Positions 51,380 through 64,000 of a DNA stretch of 64,000 nucleotides are shown here, in pieces. The stretch is taken from the NCBI RefSeq assembly GCF_006345805.1, contig NC_043004.1, forward strand, positions 49,414,001 through 49,478,000, in the 5' to 3' direction. Position 1 is the stretch's first letter. Every line of letters starts with the position of its first letter. The notes beneath the pieces were generated by a model. The model saw only the letters and a program-made list of their open reading frames with translations, did no database searches and was not told the DNA's origin. The stretch is from Octopus sinensis. Taxonomy: Eukaryota. A program made the translations under genes and the position numbers.

Positions 51380-52330
51380 TAATAATAATCTACTATTCAC
51401 TGCCCCTCTTAAGTTTGAACCATTGTGCTTCTGTTGGAAATCATTATTGGTTTATTGCCAAAATTATTAAGCACTGGAACAAAAGTGTCCTTGCATTTAG
51501 TTACATCTTGTTGTTTCAGGTCAAATTCTGCTAGAGAGAATACTTTGCTTTACATCCTTCTGGTGGTTAATAAAACAGAATATCAGTGATATACTGGTGT
51601 CAATTTAATTGACTGTTTAAGGCAGTTAGCTGGCAGAATTGTTAGCATGTAAGGCAAAATGCTAAGCAGCAGCAGCAGCATTTCATCTGTGATTATGTTC
51701 TGAGTTCAAATTCCACCAAGGTCAATTTTGCCTTTCATCCTTTCAAGGTCAATAAAATAAAGTACCAGTTGAGCACTTGGGTTGATGTAATTGACCTACC
51801 CTTTCCCCAAAAATTATTGGCCTTGTGTCAAAATTTGAAACCAATTTAATTGACTGTTTAGCAGAATTGTTAGACCATTGGACAAAATGTCTTGTTCTCT
51901 TTATTGCTTTGAATCCAAATTCTACCGAGGCCAGCTTTGTCTATTCATCCTTCGAGGATCAATAAAATAAAGTAAGTACCAGTTAAGTACTGGAATTGAT
52001 TTGACTCCTCTCCCACAAAGGCAGCAAGCTAGTAGACTCATTAGCATGCTGGACAAAATGTTTAACACTATTTCTTCTGGCTTTACATTCTGAGTTCAAA
52101 TTCAACTGAGGTTGACTTTGACTTTCATCCTTTTGGGGTTGATAAAATAAGTACCAGCTGAACTCTGGCATCAATATAAGCAACTACCACTGCCACCAAA
52201 ATCTCAGGCACTGTACATATAGTAGAAAGAATTATTAAGGGAGCTGATAAAGTAAGTTGCAACGAAATGCTGTAATCAACTAGTCCTATCCCCCAGAATT
52301 TCAGGCCTTGCACCTAATATAGAAAGGATT
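51380..52330 (+). repeat. Tandem cluster of family B SINEs
   Basis: About four repeated core motifs. Confidence 0.68.
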
Positions 52331-55300
52331 ATTATCATTATCATCATCTTCATCATCAATTATTATTATTGAATGAGAGAGCAGTGTATGCCATCAATGT
52401 GACACTGGGGTACAGATATAGGAAGCTCAATATACCCATCATGACTACCCATCTGATAAGGGTACACCAGGCACATGCATGACATGGTGATCTCATGTCA
52501 AGATAAGCAGTGCATGACCTTGCAGATGGGACCCAGAATTTTCTTCAGGTTGAGTAGTCCATTCTACTCAAAAGGCCTCTGAATAAGGTTTGTTTAAAGA
52601 TGATGAATGAAACACCCATTATTATAATTTTTATTATTATTATTTATAAAATAAAAAATGGCTAAAATAGTAAAAAGGAATATAGTGGACAGTTGACCAT
52701 GAGGAGTATTTATTGTATTTACCTTAGAGGAGTGAAAAGCAAGATCGACTGTGGTTAGATTTGAACTCAGAACTGTCAGGGATAAAAGTAAGCACTTCAA
52801 TATAATTAGTATGTTGCTTCTAGTCATCTGAAGGGGCTTCCTGGAGGGTCATTTTCCATTGTTACCTGTAATATAGTGGGGGATCAGTCCACACAACTCT
52901 GCACCCCTTCCTCCACCTCCTCACATTTGCAATATGTTTATGATGTAAATTTCTGTGATATGATTGGCTGAAATATAGATTATTCTGAGAGTTGATTAGT
53001 TGTCGATCTCCCTCTCACTTGCTTTCCACTTTTTTTGTAAATTTATATCTTAATTAATTAGTAATTACTATGGAAGTATTTGATCTGAGGAGTGAATAGT
53101 TATTTATTGAGGTTGTTTGTGGGAGGGGCAGGTTTTACAATCAGGGAGGACTGCAAAGTTTATGGCGACTGTGCCCCCACCTTTTGTGTATTTTATACTA
53201 TACTACATACAGACACATTTGTAACACACACACACACTACTGCATCATTTTTGCATTTACTCAACCCAGGTGTGTACACACACCTGGGTGTGTGTTACTA
53301 CTACTAATGTTCCTCTATCATCTCTGGATAAAACTGAAGAAATTGAAACCAAAAGTCTGCTGAGATGACCCAACATCCACCTAACGAAGACATCTCAACT
53401 GACCACTGTCCATACCATCAAATGCCAGAATGGCCTTTTATTGTTGTTGCTGTTGTTACCCCAATCTCTTTGCATGTTTTTTTTTCGTTTTTGTTTTGTT
53501 TTTTTTTCTTTTAATTGAACGAGACTATATTTTGTATGTTGAGTTTAATTAAATTAAAAGTCATTCCTCGTGTAGGAATGGGTCTCAATTGCCAGCAAAC
53601 TCGTTATCTTTTGTTCTCTTTTGTTTCTTTATTTTTGTTTTAAAATTTTATTTTATTTTATTTTTTCCCTTTTTAACAATTCTTAACTTTTTTAAAATCT
53701 TATTCTAATTTACAACTGCCAAGATTGCACCTGGGTCAATGAGATTGCAATAATGAGCTGAGGTCAGGGGTTATGAGATGAAGTCAGGATTTCATCCCTT
53801 TTCTCTGCTGTCCTACTGTGTTTGTGATGAAGTCATTGGCACAATCCACCAAGCTGTGTCTGAAATCTATCTGTAGCATCTGAGTGTGAAGTCTGAAAAA
53901 CAAAAAAAGCTATCATGTAGGTACAGATGTATCTATATCTAAATAGATGCCCTGTAGTACCTGCAGTCCACATAGCTATAAAAAGATACCATGTAGTGAA
54001 TCAGTCTTCTTGCCTGTAAATAGCTACCATGAGGATGTGCAGTCCATCTAGCTCAGAATAGATACTATTTAGTGAATACAGTCCACCTAGTTGTTAGCTG
54101 TTAAGGTTTAGCTCAGTTCTGTCTGTGGTTCTGTTTCATAAAAAAAAAGCCTTGCAGCTCAGGTTTCATCTCATCATCTCACATGGCTCTAAACTGGCTA
54201 AGATGGGAATGTTATTCAAATAAGAAGAGAAAACAAAAAACCAAAAAAAAAACCTTTCATCTGTCTTTTCCATGTGCTGGCGTCACATAAGTGCTTGTCC
54301 CGGTCCCACATTAAAAACACCATCACACACTGTACAGTGGTTGGCCTTAGTAAGGGCATCCAGCCGTAGAAACCGAGCAAAATTAAACTGGAACCTGGTG
54401 CGGCTCTCCAGCTTGCCAGCTCTTGTCAAACTGTCCAACCCAAGCCAGCATGGAAAAACGGATGTTAAAGGAGGTACAGGAGGATTGGTGATGATTGGGT
54501 AGATCTACAAACTGTAACATTTACAGAATTCTTTAGTTCACTTACTCCACTGTTGTGTCATTGTGACCTCACTGTAGTTGGGTATGCAGGGCAGGGGTTG
54601 GTTCAGTGTCTGGTTCAATCCAGTATTGATGATGACAGCCATCACATGTGTACCTGTAACTGCTATCATTATTCACTATAATTCTTCCATCACACTACTG
54701 AGGTGATGTGGCATCAGACTAGATAGCTTTCCTTTTTTTTTTTTAACCTTTTTTTTTTAGGATTTAGTCAGAAGAGAAAAAGCAGGTGATAGGACAGGTG
54801 ATAGGAAGAATCAATAATTAGTAGGTTGTAGGCTAGAGGCCGGGTCCTAATATCTGCAACAATGTGGACTTTGAAAAACATTCTGAAGGCCACCTGGTGG
54901 TGTTACACCAGACCATAGAGCTGACCAGGGCAGTCAACCTTTTCCAAGAGAGCCACATGAGACTTGGCTCATCATCATGCAGACTGCTCCACTAAAAAAA
55001 AATCCATGGTCATTTTTTGTTAAGTGTGCCATTCAGAAAGTCCTATGGGTCACAAGTCACCTATGAATGGATTAAATCTGCTACCTCTCTAGGTCATAGG
55101 TTCAAGCCTTACCTATTACGTTGTGCACTGGGTATATCACATATAGCTGCATTAGCAAAGCTCCAGCTAATCCCTCCTCCACCAGCTCTACATTAATCAC
55201 TGTATTCAGTCCTTCCTTCCTTGAACATCAGTCCTCTGGAGTTCCCATCCTGCTCATATCTTTCCCACAACAATTAAAAATATAGTTTTAAAATTTTCAA

Positions 55301-56147
55301 GTATGTTAATGACATCAATCTCACCTGTCTCGGGCTTGCAAAGACACTGGGTATTGCCCTTGTCCTCTTGACCCAGCAAATAATAATAATAAAAGAAGAA
55401 AAAAAAAAATCAAAAAAGTTCCCATTACACGAAAAATATAAGGAGTTACAGGAGACGGCAAATTGTGGCAGTTGTAAAATAGAATTAGTTCTGCATGTTT
55501 ACTAATTTTTTTTTTTTTTTTGCCATTTTTTGGTGTTTTTATTAACCATGCTTCTTTCTAACTAATTAACATGGTGAATGATTGCTGCTATAAAGTTGGT
55601 GTTTTTCCTGTTGTTGTCTATCATAGTATCCAGAGAAACTGAACATCCTAATCTATTGACCAAGCTGGATCTGTCAAGTCAATGTGGGAACTTTGTGGTT
55701 GTACAGATCTTAAATAAGGAAGGACCCATTAGACATTTAATACAGAATGCAATCAAGACATACTTGTCAGGGCTAAAATATTCTTTGATCCGAGATCTGC
55801 TCAGTCAGGTCTTATCTAGAGTTAGACTCCATTTCGAGGGTGGGTCTTTTATTTGAACTCCTTACCTGGAAGTTGAAGCTTATCCATGCAGTGCTTTCTT
55901 AAGGCATGGATGCACTGGGCAGTTGCCCTGAGGCCCAATTCTGATCTATGTATGTTACGGCATGCTATCAATAAGTAAATACTAAAGTGCCAAGTGCACT
56001 GATTTCCCTGGAGGCCTATAATGCTGCTAAGGGGGTCCTGCACTAATGTTGAACAACCATTCTTCAACAAAACTGTTCTAAGAATTTTCTGAAAGTTTCT
56101 CTCTTCTCCATTAAACTCTCCTATTTAAGAACTTTAATATATTTGTA

Positions 56148-56519
56148 CTAGCACTATGACCCGGCAATGCTGGGTCATAGTGCTAGTGCATGCATATACA
56201 GCTGCGTGTGTGTGTACATACATGCGAGTACTGTCCAAATCTCCAACCAATCACATACAGCTAGCTGGCATTCAATTGGCGTATCAAGTTTCGGGCATTT
56301 TGATTGAGTTTTGGATAGAAAATTCACCAAAAATCACTTCTATTGATTTTTTAATGGCTTTGCGGGGTGACTGGGAAAATGTAAAGATGTGCACGACCAC
56401 CCTTGGACGGTTTTAAATGACCATAGAAAGTGCAAGCCCTCTAACTGAATAATTGTGGATTTGTATAAAGGACACACACGCAGATATTTTGCCGTTTATA
56501 TATATTTGTATAATATAGA
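56148..56519 (-). mobile_element. Non-autonomous Helitron-like element
   Basis: Minus strand begins TCTATATTATA... and ends ...CTAG followed by T. A 19-bp-arm hairpin lies at 56147-56187. Confidence 0.65.
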
Positions 56520-57835
56520 AATATTGTATACAAGTCTATGGGCTTCAGATGATGTTTATATAACAATCTTTCTCTCTGGAAGGCATCCCTCCAACCATCA
56601 ATTATCTTTGCTGTATTATTGTAAAAAAAAACATCAGTTGATGGTTCAATCTTGCTTAGCACCCGCTTTATGTGATGAATTGTTCACTGTTTTAATATTT
56701 AGTGAATCTCAAAATTTGTCCCTTAAATCACTAATGGCACTGCTTTACTGATTTACTGAGGCATCTTGAAAATGAGCTGGTTAATGAGTTTGGGTGATCT
56801 TGAAGTTTCATTTTGATTCTACATCTCTGAATCATGCATGCTTAGCCCCTTTAGTAAGGCCAAACCTCAGATGGTGCCCTATGACATTCAATTGGGTTGA
56901 GCTTAGGAAGACTGTTGACTCTCCTCTCCCTCTACTGTTACAGAATGTAATATTTATAACTTACCCAAGGAATTAAAACAGAATCTGTCATAAATGAGCC
57001 CTTCGCTAGTGATTATCTGTTTTAAGTAGCTCCTCATCATTACAGCCAGCATCCAAGGGTTAACTGTCAATGGAGCTGTTAGCTAGGGATCTTAACTCTC
57101 CCAAAATTAAAGGATTAATATTTTTAGAATAAAAAGAGAAAATTAGGGTTTAAAATCTGTTGGAAGGTGAAGTGGTGTGTATGTGTGCACACGTGTGTGT
57201 GTGTGTGTGATGGTGATGTGTATGTATGTGTGCTTGTGTTTTGAGAGGTGAATTGGTGTGTGTGTGAGTGTTGCTGTGTAGAGACTTTATATAAATGCAG
57301 ATATACACTGTCAATGTGAATCTGGGTACAGCTAAACGGGTTGCACTTCCCTTTTCAAAAACTTACAATCCTTTTGTGGAGAAATCAGTCAAATATGATA
57401 CTGAATACAGATGGAACTAATGTTTCCCCGCAGGACTCTAACTCCATCTTCAGTTACTCAGAGGATAACTTTAGAGAGGTTTGTTTCATGTTTTGTTAGT
57501 TACTGCAATTAATGAGTGATTCAACAATACAGTTGCCTAACTCCTCACTCAAAGACTGTTGGGCTGAAGTATGAGGCTGGTTGTATGTGGCCAGGAGGTA
57601 AGATCATAACATTAGTTAATAGATGATAGTCATGTGGTAATGTTTGTGGTTACCCAGGAGTGCAGAGTGCATTGCTGAGAGGGAGAAAAGAAACTGATAT
57701 GAGTAACTGAGAATTCTTACTGATTTATACAGACTGATTTTGGGTCAGCATAAATTTTATGAACTGGACTGTCATGTGGATTGCCATTGTGGAAATTGTC
57801 TCATGATTGGTGGGTGTAGATTGGTTAGTTGATAT

Positions 57836-58590
57836 TTGCAGATGACATGGTGCTGGTTGGCTTTCGAAAGGTACTCTCCTGCATGTACTAAACGGGCTCA
57901 CTGCCGAGTGCAGCAAGGCATGGTTGAGAATTAGTGTTGCGAAGGTTGAGACACTAGGTTCTCTCAAGAAAGTTTTCCCAGTCTACTCTGCATGTTAGTG
58001 GAACATCACTGAGACAAGTTGAGACGTTTAAGTATCTTGGAGCTATGTTCATGAGTAATAGGAAACAAGGGCTGAATTTGATGTGAGAATTGCAGGTGCT
58101 GGCACAGTAATGGACCAGCTCCAGCATGTGATTCTTGGAAGTGGAGAGATTGGTAAAAAAGTCAAACATGCTATCTTCAATTCAGTTTTCGTGCCTGTCC
58201 TTACCTATGGTCATGAAATGGACAGTAACCAACAAAGTATGATCGTGAATACAAGCAGCCAAAATGGAGTTCCTCAAAAGGATCTCTGGAGTATTGTTAT
58301 TTGGGTAGGACTCAGAGATCAGGGAGTCTCTCCAGGTCAAGCCATTGCTTGTCTGCATTGTGAGGTCACAGCTCTGTTACTATGAATGAGTCACAAATTG
58401 GTTTCTTGAAGCCAAGCCAACTTGGCAGATCTGGGGATTGATCGACAGTGAGATGGCTGGGTAATGTCCATGGTCTCAGTTGTTTGGGAATCCAGATGGG
58501 AAATGTAATGACAATTGCTCATGGTAGGATCCTATGGAGGAGATACCTGTGAACACTACCCCCATGACCCTCCCAGGAATAATGGATGGA
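57836..58590 (+). mobile_element. Degraded RTE-like LINE RT fragment
   Basis: QVETFKYLG and RIAGAG...KHAIFNSVFVPVLTYGHE motifs, with frameshifts. Confidence 0.75.
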
Positions 58591-61279
58591 GTATGAGTGT
58601 AGGGTGTTCAAAAAGGGAAGTTAGTACAGAGGATGTAGGATTCAAGGTCTTTACTCAAGAAAACAATATACATACCTGCTTAAAATGACGTTTTTAACCA
58701 AAATTAAATTGTATATGATTTAGTGTGAGATCAGCTTTTGGTCAAGTGTGGTTATTTGTGCTCCACTCCTACATTAGAACTTCTATATTGAAGATATTTT
58801 CAACAGATATCAATATAGAAACAAAGAAACCATCCCAATAAATGTGTGTGTATATTGTCAGTTTTTTCAAAGTTTGTATAAAGAATGGAATACACTGGCA
58901 GTAAGTTAAGTGGGAGAGAGAGAGAGTGAGTGAGTGTGTGTGTGTGTGTAAAAGCTGTAAATATATTTACATATTTATGTTTGACAATACATTTAGCATC
59001 ATATGTAAATATTAAACTACAGGGTGGGTTGTGCCTGCAGGATGAGATGAAAACAAACTCAAATAGTTTTCCATTCTTTACATGCTCGTAAGGAATATTT
59101 ACTTATCCTTAGAGAGAGAGAGAGAGAGAGAGAGAAGCTTATAGCTGCTAGTGAAAAATGCCATGAACAACCAGCAGTGTTTTTGTTCATCTGCAAATCA
59201 GTAGATTAATTGGCGACTGTAGATTGGGTGAAAGAGTGTATAAAGACTTGAAGCTTGACAAGTTGTTCTCCAGTAAGAATTTTGTGGTTTAATCATGGGA
59301 TCTGTTTTCATAGTGAGACTAGATGTTTATTAAACACACATGTAAATTTATTTACAACTTGTCCACAAAAACATACTGTATCATCGCTTTACTTATATCC
59401 TCTTTCATATAGTCATCCTTTGACTTTGTTTAAAGTGAAGAGGAGTCGTGCATCGTCAAACTCACTCTCTTGTCCATGACCATCTTCAATCCAGTGGTAA
59501 GACCAGGCCGAGATGACTGGGGATAGAGGTGGTTGCTGTGGTTGAAGATCAAGATGTCTCATTTGCCTTTGTCTTGCTCCAAACACTTCACAATGCATTG
59601 CTGAAGTTGCCTTCCTCTCAATTGAACCATAAAGGTTTCTTCTGCAGAGTCTGTTGGATCCAGTTTTCACATGCATGGGTAGGCAAGCCTTAATAATGCC
59701 AACGAATGCAAAAAGGAATCGATCATAATAAATGGCAAACTCAACCAAAAAACGAACCAGTATGAAGAAAGAGAAAACTTATCAAATCGTGCCATAACCA
59801 TGAACATAGCCATGATGATGATGATGATGATAATCCTTTCTACTATAGACACAAGGGCTGAAATTTAGTGGGAGGGGACTAGTTGATTACATCAACCCCA
59901 GTGCTTGACTGCTGATACTTAGTTTATCAACCCTGAAAGGATGAAAGGCAAAGTCAACCATGGTAGAATTTGAACTCAGAACATGAAAACAAACAAAATG
60001 CCACTAAGCATTTCACCCAGCGTACTAACGATCCTGCTAAACAATAACAATAACCCATAGGTGGGACTCTGACAAGTGCTACTACTCCAGATCAGACCTG
60101 GGAACAATAGTGGCCAAGACTATTTATTCCACACTCTTTATTCCTGAACCAGAGATCTACAACCAGATGCAATTTGAAGTTACATGAAGGGTATGACTTA
60201 TTAGTGAATATATATTTTTACACATACATACTTTATATGCTGTCTAGTTTTATCTTACTGAAAATAAAGAATTTCCAATGTAGACCACATTGTTTAAATT
60301 TCTAATAAATTCACTTTACAATGAAGTAAATAAAGTTTACGTAAAATATAAATTTCTCTTTTTGAATAAAATAAATTTCAAGATGACTACATGATTTTTA
60401 AATTGTGGTAGATTCATAAAATATGGAATTATGCATATAAACACATGCACAAATGAAGCCCTCTATGTGGTTTTTGACTCGCTAGAAATAACAGCCAAAT
60501 CTCCTTCATATCATTTATTGTTCTACGAAGAAAAGGAAGGAAAGAAAAACATTGGATGATGCCTCACACACTGTGTCTAAATAAAAGATGGGACAATCAC
60601 AGCTGGAAGATCTTTGATCATAGTTTATATGAGACTCAGTACCAACAGCAATGTACCCAGACCACTGCATTACATCCACTATACTGTTTGGTTTCTTCAT
60701 AAGGTAGAGAGGTATGGTATATTTTGAGAAAAGGATCTGCTGATCATACTGTGTACCCTAGATCTGTTGATCACACCATCTAGTCATTTAACCAAACACC
60801 TGTATACCATAGATCCTCTAGTCATTTACCTGACTCCCTGTGCACCATAGATCTGTTGATCAAAGCTGGCTTGGATCTACCCAATAACAATTCTAATGGA
60901 CAGTGGCAGTGAAGGTGCTTGAGCCAGGGGTTTGCACTCACAATTGTAAGATCATGGGTTCAATTCTTGGATTGGGTGGTGCATTGTGTTCTTGAGCAAG
61001 ACACTTCAGCTCATGTTGCTCTGTGATTACTGTGCACCTGTTCAGGCAGTGTTGATTTGATGAGGGGAGTAAGCTTGTAGGCAGCACAAACACTCGATCA
61101 CTATAAACAAATCCTCTATGCAGTTTGTTCAGCAGGCTTCAAGAAACTACCATTAAATTACGATGGCATACACATCCACAAATAGTGACCTTCGTGTAGT
61201 TTTGACTGGCATTTCAGGTTTAGAATGTCATCTGACATAAGTCAGTCCATGTAAGTTTTTCACCTTACAGGTCCTTTAA

Positions 61280-61500
61280 CCCTTTAGTGTTCGGATTACT
61301 CTGTTAAATGTAATATTTTTTTACTCAAATTCTTTTTAATTAATCCTGCATTATCTTATAGCTTTTGAGGTTTCAGTGATGTGATTGTTAATTTTTAGAA
61401 TGTCAGTGTAGATTAGGTGTGAGAGGCCAGTTATCACCAGTTTGAATATAAAACATATAGAATATTTGGGCTGGATATAGCCAGTTTAAACACTAAAGGG
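61280..61500. mobile_element. piggyBac-type MITE (family P2)
   Basis: ttaa-CCCTTTAGTGTT...AACACTAAAGGG-ttaa. Confidence 0.78.
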
Positions 61501-61719
61501 TTAAGTCAAAGACTAAAGAATTTTAGGTCAGGATTTCTGAGATGAAATAGCAGTAACAGTAGAACAATAGATAAAAACTACCTTAGAGTGTATATTTATA
61601 TCCCTTTACATTCTGAGTTCAAATCCTATCTAAGCTAATACTAGTTATGTATTGTTAATGACATTGTGGATTCTATAGTCACCAATATGTGAGCCTGTAT
61701 CAGAAATAATTATATTGGT

Positions 61720-63245
61720 TTTCAATTTAGGCACAAGGCCAGAAATTTTGATGGGAAAGGAGGATAGTTGATACCATTGATCCTAGTACTTGCTTGGCAC
61801 TTTATCAAACACAGGATGATGAGAGGCAAAGTTGATTTTTGAACTCAGAATGTAAAGAGTAGGAAGAAATCCTGCAAAGCATCTTGTCTAATGTTTTAAC
61901 AATTTTGCCAATCTACCATCTTGATAAACAACAAAAATTATCATCAGCGGTGGTGCCCCAGCATGGCCGCGGCCTTCGGGCTAAAACATTTTTAAGGATT
62001 TAAGGATCATCATTATTAAGGTAGCAAGCTGGCAGAACTGTTTAACATGTCAGACAAAATGCTTAGTGGCATTTTGTCCATCTTTACCCGCTGAGTTCAA
62101 ATTCCACAGCTTTGCTTTTCATTCTTTTGGGGTTGATGAAATAAGTACCAGTCTGGTACTGGAGTTGCTGTAATTGACCAGGCCCCTCCCACTCAAATTT
62201 CAAGCTTTTTGCCTAAAAATGACAGAGTTCTTAGCATGCCAAGCTGAATGCTCTGTGGCATTTCGTCTGTCTTTTATATTCTGTGTTCAGATTCTGCTGA
62301 GATGGGTTTTATCTTTCATCCTACCTGGGCCAATAAGATAAGTACCAGTTGAACACTGAAGTCATGTAATCGACTCACCCCCTCTCCGAAATTGCTGGCC
62401 TTGTGCCAAAATTTGAAACCATCATTATTATTATTGTTATTATTATTAGCATTATTATAAGGCAGCGAGCTTCCACAGTCATCCCTGCACTCGACCAAAT
62501 GTTTAGCATTTTACTCTAAGTTCAAATTTCACCAAGATTGACTTTGCTTTTTATCCTTTCGTACCAGTTGAGCACTGAGGTCAATCTAATCTATCTCCTT
62601 CCCCCAAAATTGCTGGCCTTGTGCCTGTTGTAGGAAGGATTATTATAATGGCAAGCAAGCAAAATTATTAGTGCGTTGGGCAAAATGTTTAGTGACATTT
62701 CTTTTGGCTCTTTACATTCTGAGTTCAAATTCCAACTTTGCCCTTCATCTTTTTAGGGGTTGATAAAATAAATACCAGTTAAGCATTGGAATCAATGTAG
62801 ATGATATATAATATATACTGATGTCAGAGGCAGTATAAATACTGAAAGTTAATATTTATTCCCACTTAAACGTGGATGTACTGTTAGAACAGACTATACT
62901 GTGGTAGATACCATGAGAGAAACTCTCATTTTGGTTTCCAGTGCAAATCCATATTGAAGTGGAGATAATTATTACCTCCCAATGTAATTGCCTTACGCTC
63001 ACCTCTAAAACTATTGGAAATGTGCCAAAATTTGGAACTATTATTATTGTTATTATTTTATTACTGTTGATTTAAGGCCGGGTGAAATGCTTTGTGGTAT
63101 TTTGCCCATCGCTATGTTCTGAGTTCAACTTTGCCTTTCATCATTTTGGGGTCAATAAAATAAGTACCAGTTGAACATTGGGGTCGATGTAATTGACTAA
63201 TCTCCTCCCCCAAAATTGCTGCCCTTGTGGCAAAATTTGAAACCA
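61720..63245. repeat. Cluster of family B SINEs (one - copy, then several + copies)
   Basis: Repeated cores separated by (att)n. Confidence 0.68.
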
Positions 63246-63816
63246 TTTTTATTATTATTGTTGTTGAAATATTCTGAACTATTAAGTTCACTTAAATTAC
63301 TATTTTAACTAAAATTTGATCTCTTAATCTTTGTTCCTGAGCCATTATATTTATGTCTGTAAATATTTATTTTAAAATAAATTTGCACTCATTGACCAGC
63401 ACCTCCTTCTCCACTCTCTCACTAAGTACTGTAATAAAGCATTTATCTCTACAAATGCTAGGTTATTTCTTTAGATGGGATAACAGTTGTCCAATATCAA
63501 TTTCAAAAATTAAGCAGTTTAATGGTTATTGGGAATGGTTTATGCTTGAACCCCAGAAGGCAATGTTGATTGGAAGAAGATTTGAACTGACACCAGTGTA
63601 GACAGAGCAGTGGAACCCAGCTCTGTCATTTACATCTACATACATACACTTCTCTCTCTCTTTCTTGCTATTTGTCTAATTTTTGCTACAATTCCATCTA
63701 ACTTTAACACCTTCCCCACTCTTGCTAAATCTAATTAATTTGTCTGGAAGTTTCCAGACTGCAAAATTAATCCTGTTAATGACCCCTTCATTAGAACCTC
63801 TGTTGTCCCCTCTTAG

Positions 63817-63936
63817 GCAAGGCAAGAAGAATCTTTAAAGCACCAGCAAGAGTTAAAGCAACTTCGAGCCAGTTTGGGGGCAGAATACGAAGAGAAGCTC
63901 AATGTTCAGAGGAAGTCTTTAATAGCAGAGAAACAG
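63817..63936 (+). CDS. RB1CC1: RB1CC1 coding exon 16 (ARQEESLKHQQELKQLRASLGAEYEEKLNVQRKSLIAEKQ); gene continues beyond the window
   Basis: Acceptor ccctcttAG, donor GTAGGT, 120 nt phase 0->0, coiled-coil composition, follows a 17-kb intron. Confidence 0.82.
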
Positions 63937-64000
63937 GTAGGTCAACAACTTTATATCGAACATTCGTTTTCTAAGACAAGGTAAGGATGAGTGATCTCTT

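Noticed and set aside
53334-53357. CTGAAGA...GAAAC hammerhead-like words
   Set aside because: No stem I or stem II pairing.
59413-59748. Minus-strand 111-aa ORF ending IEDGHGQESEFDDARLLFTLNKVKG, superficially like a LecB-type Ca-binding motif, as a possible nested gene
   Set aside because: No supporting upstream exons found, non-ATG start, and the + strand is better explained as an RTE-type retrotransposon UTR.
61218-61250. Possible 33-nt micro-exon (tttcAG ... GTAAGT) in the long intron
   Set aside because: In the required phase 0 it reads GTT TAG (stop). A poison exon cannot be supported without RNA data.

Overview
AT-rich, repeat-dense animal genomic DNA, most likely from an octopus or other coleoid cephalopod (inferred from the SINE families and the abundant TA/TG/ATT microsatellites). 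The window holds the 5' part of one large + strand gene, the autophagy scaffold RB1CC1/FIP200 (Atg17/Atg11 family). I traced 16 GT-AG coding exons with consistent phases from a Kozak ATG at 21286 to 63936 (3318 nt, 1106 codons). The C-terminal claw domain lies beyond the window. The introns contain three tRNA-derived SINE families, RTE and CR1 LINE fragments, an inverted Penelope (GIY-YIG) element, mariner and piggyBac-type MITEs and a Helitron-like element. The most notable signal is a set of hammerhead ribozyme motifs. One has a canonical core, lies in the sense orientation of an RB1CC1 intron (26422-26467), and sits inside a highly structured ~390-bp retrozyme-like unit bounded by direct repeats. 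A U3-A8 compensatory variant sits at the 3' end of the Penelope element, and two core-variant copies occur in a dispersed repeat. Also notable are an ~860-bp spacer-less palindrome and an 86-aa uORF that an alternative acceptor could bypass. Repeat boundaries are approximate, and homology calls come from recalled sequences, not database searches.
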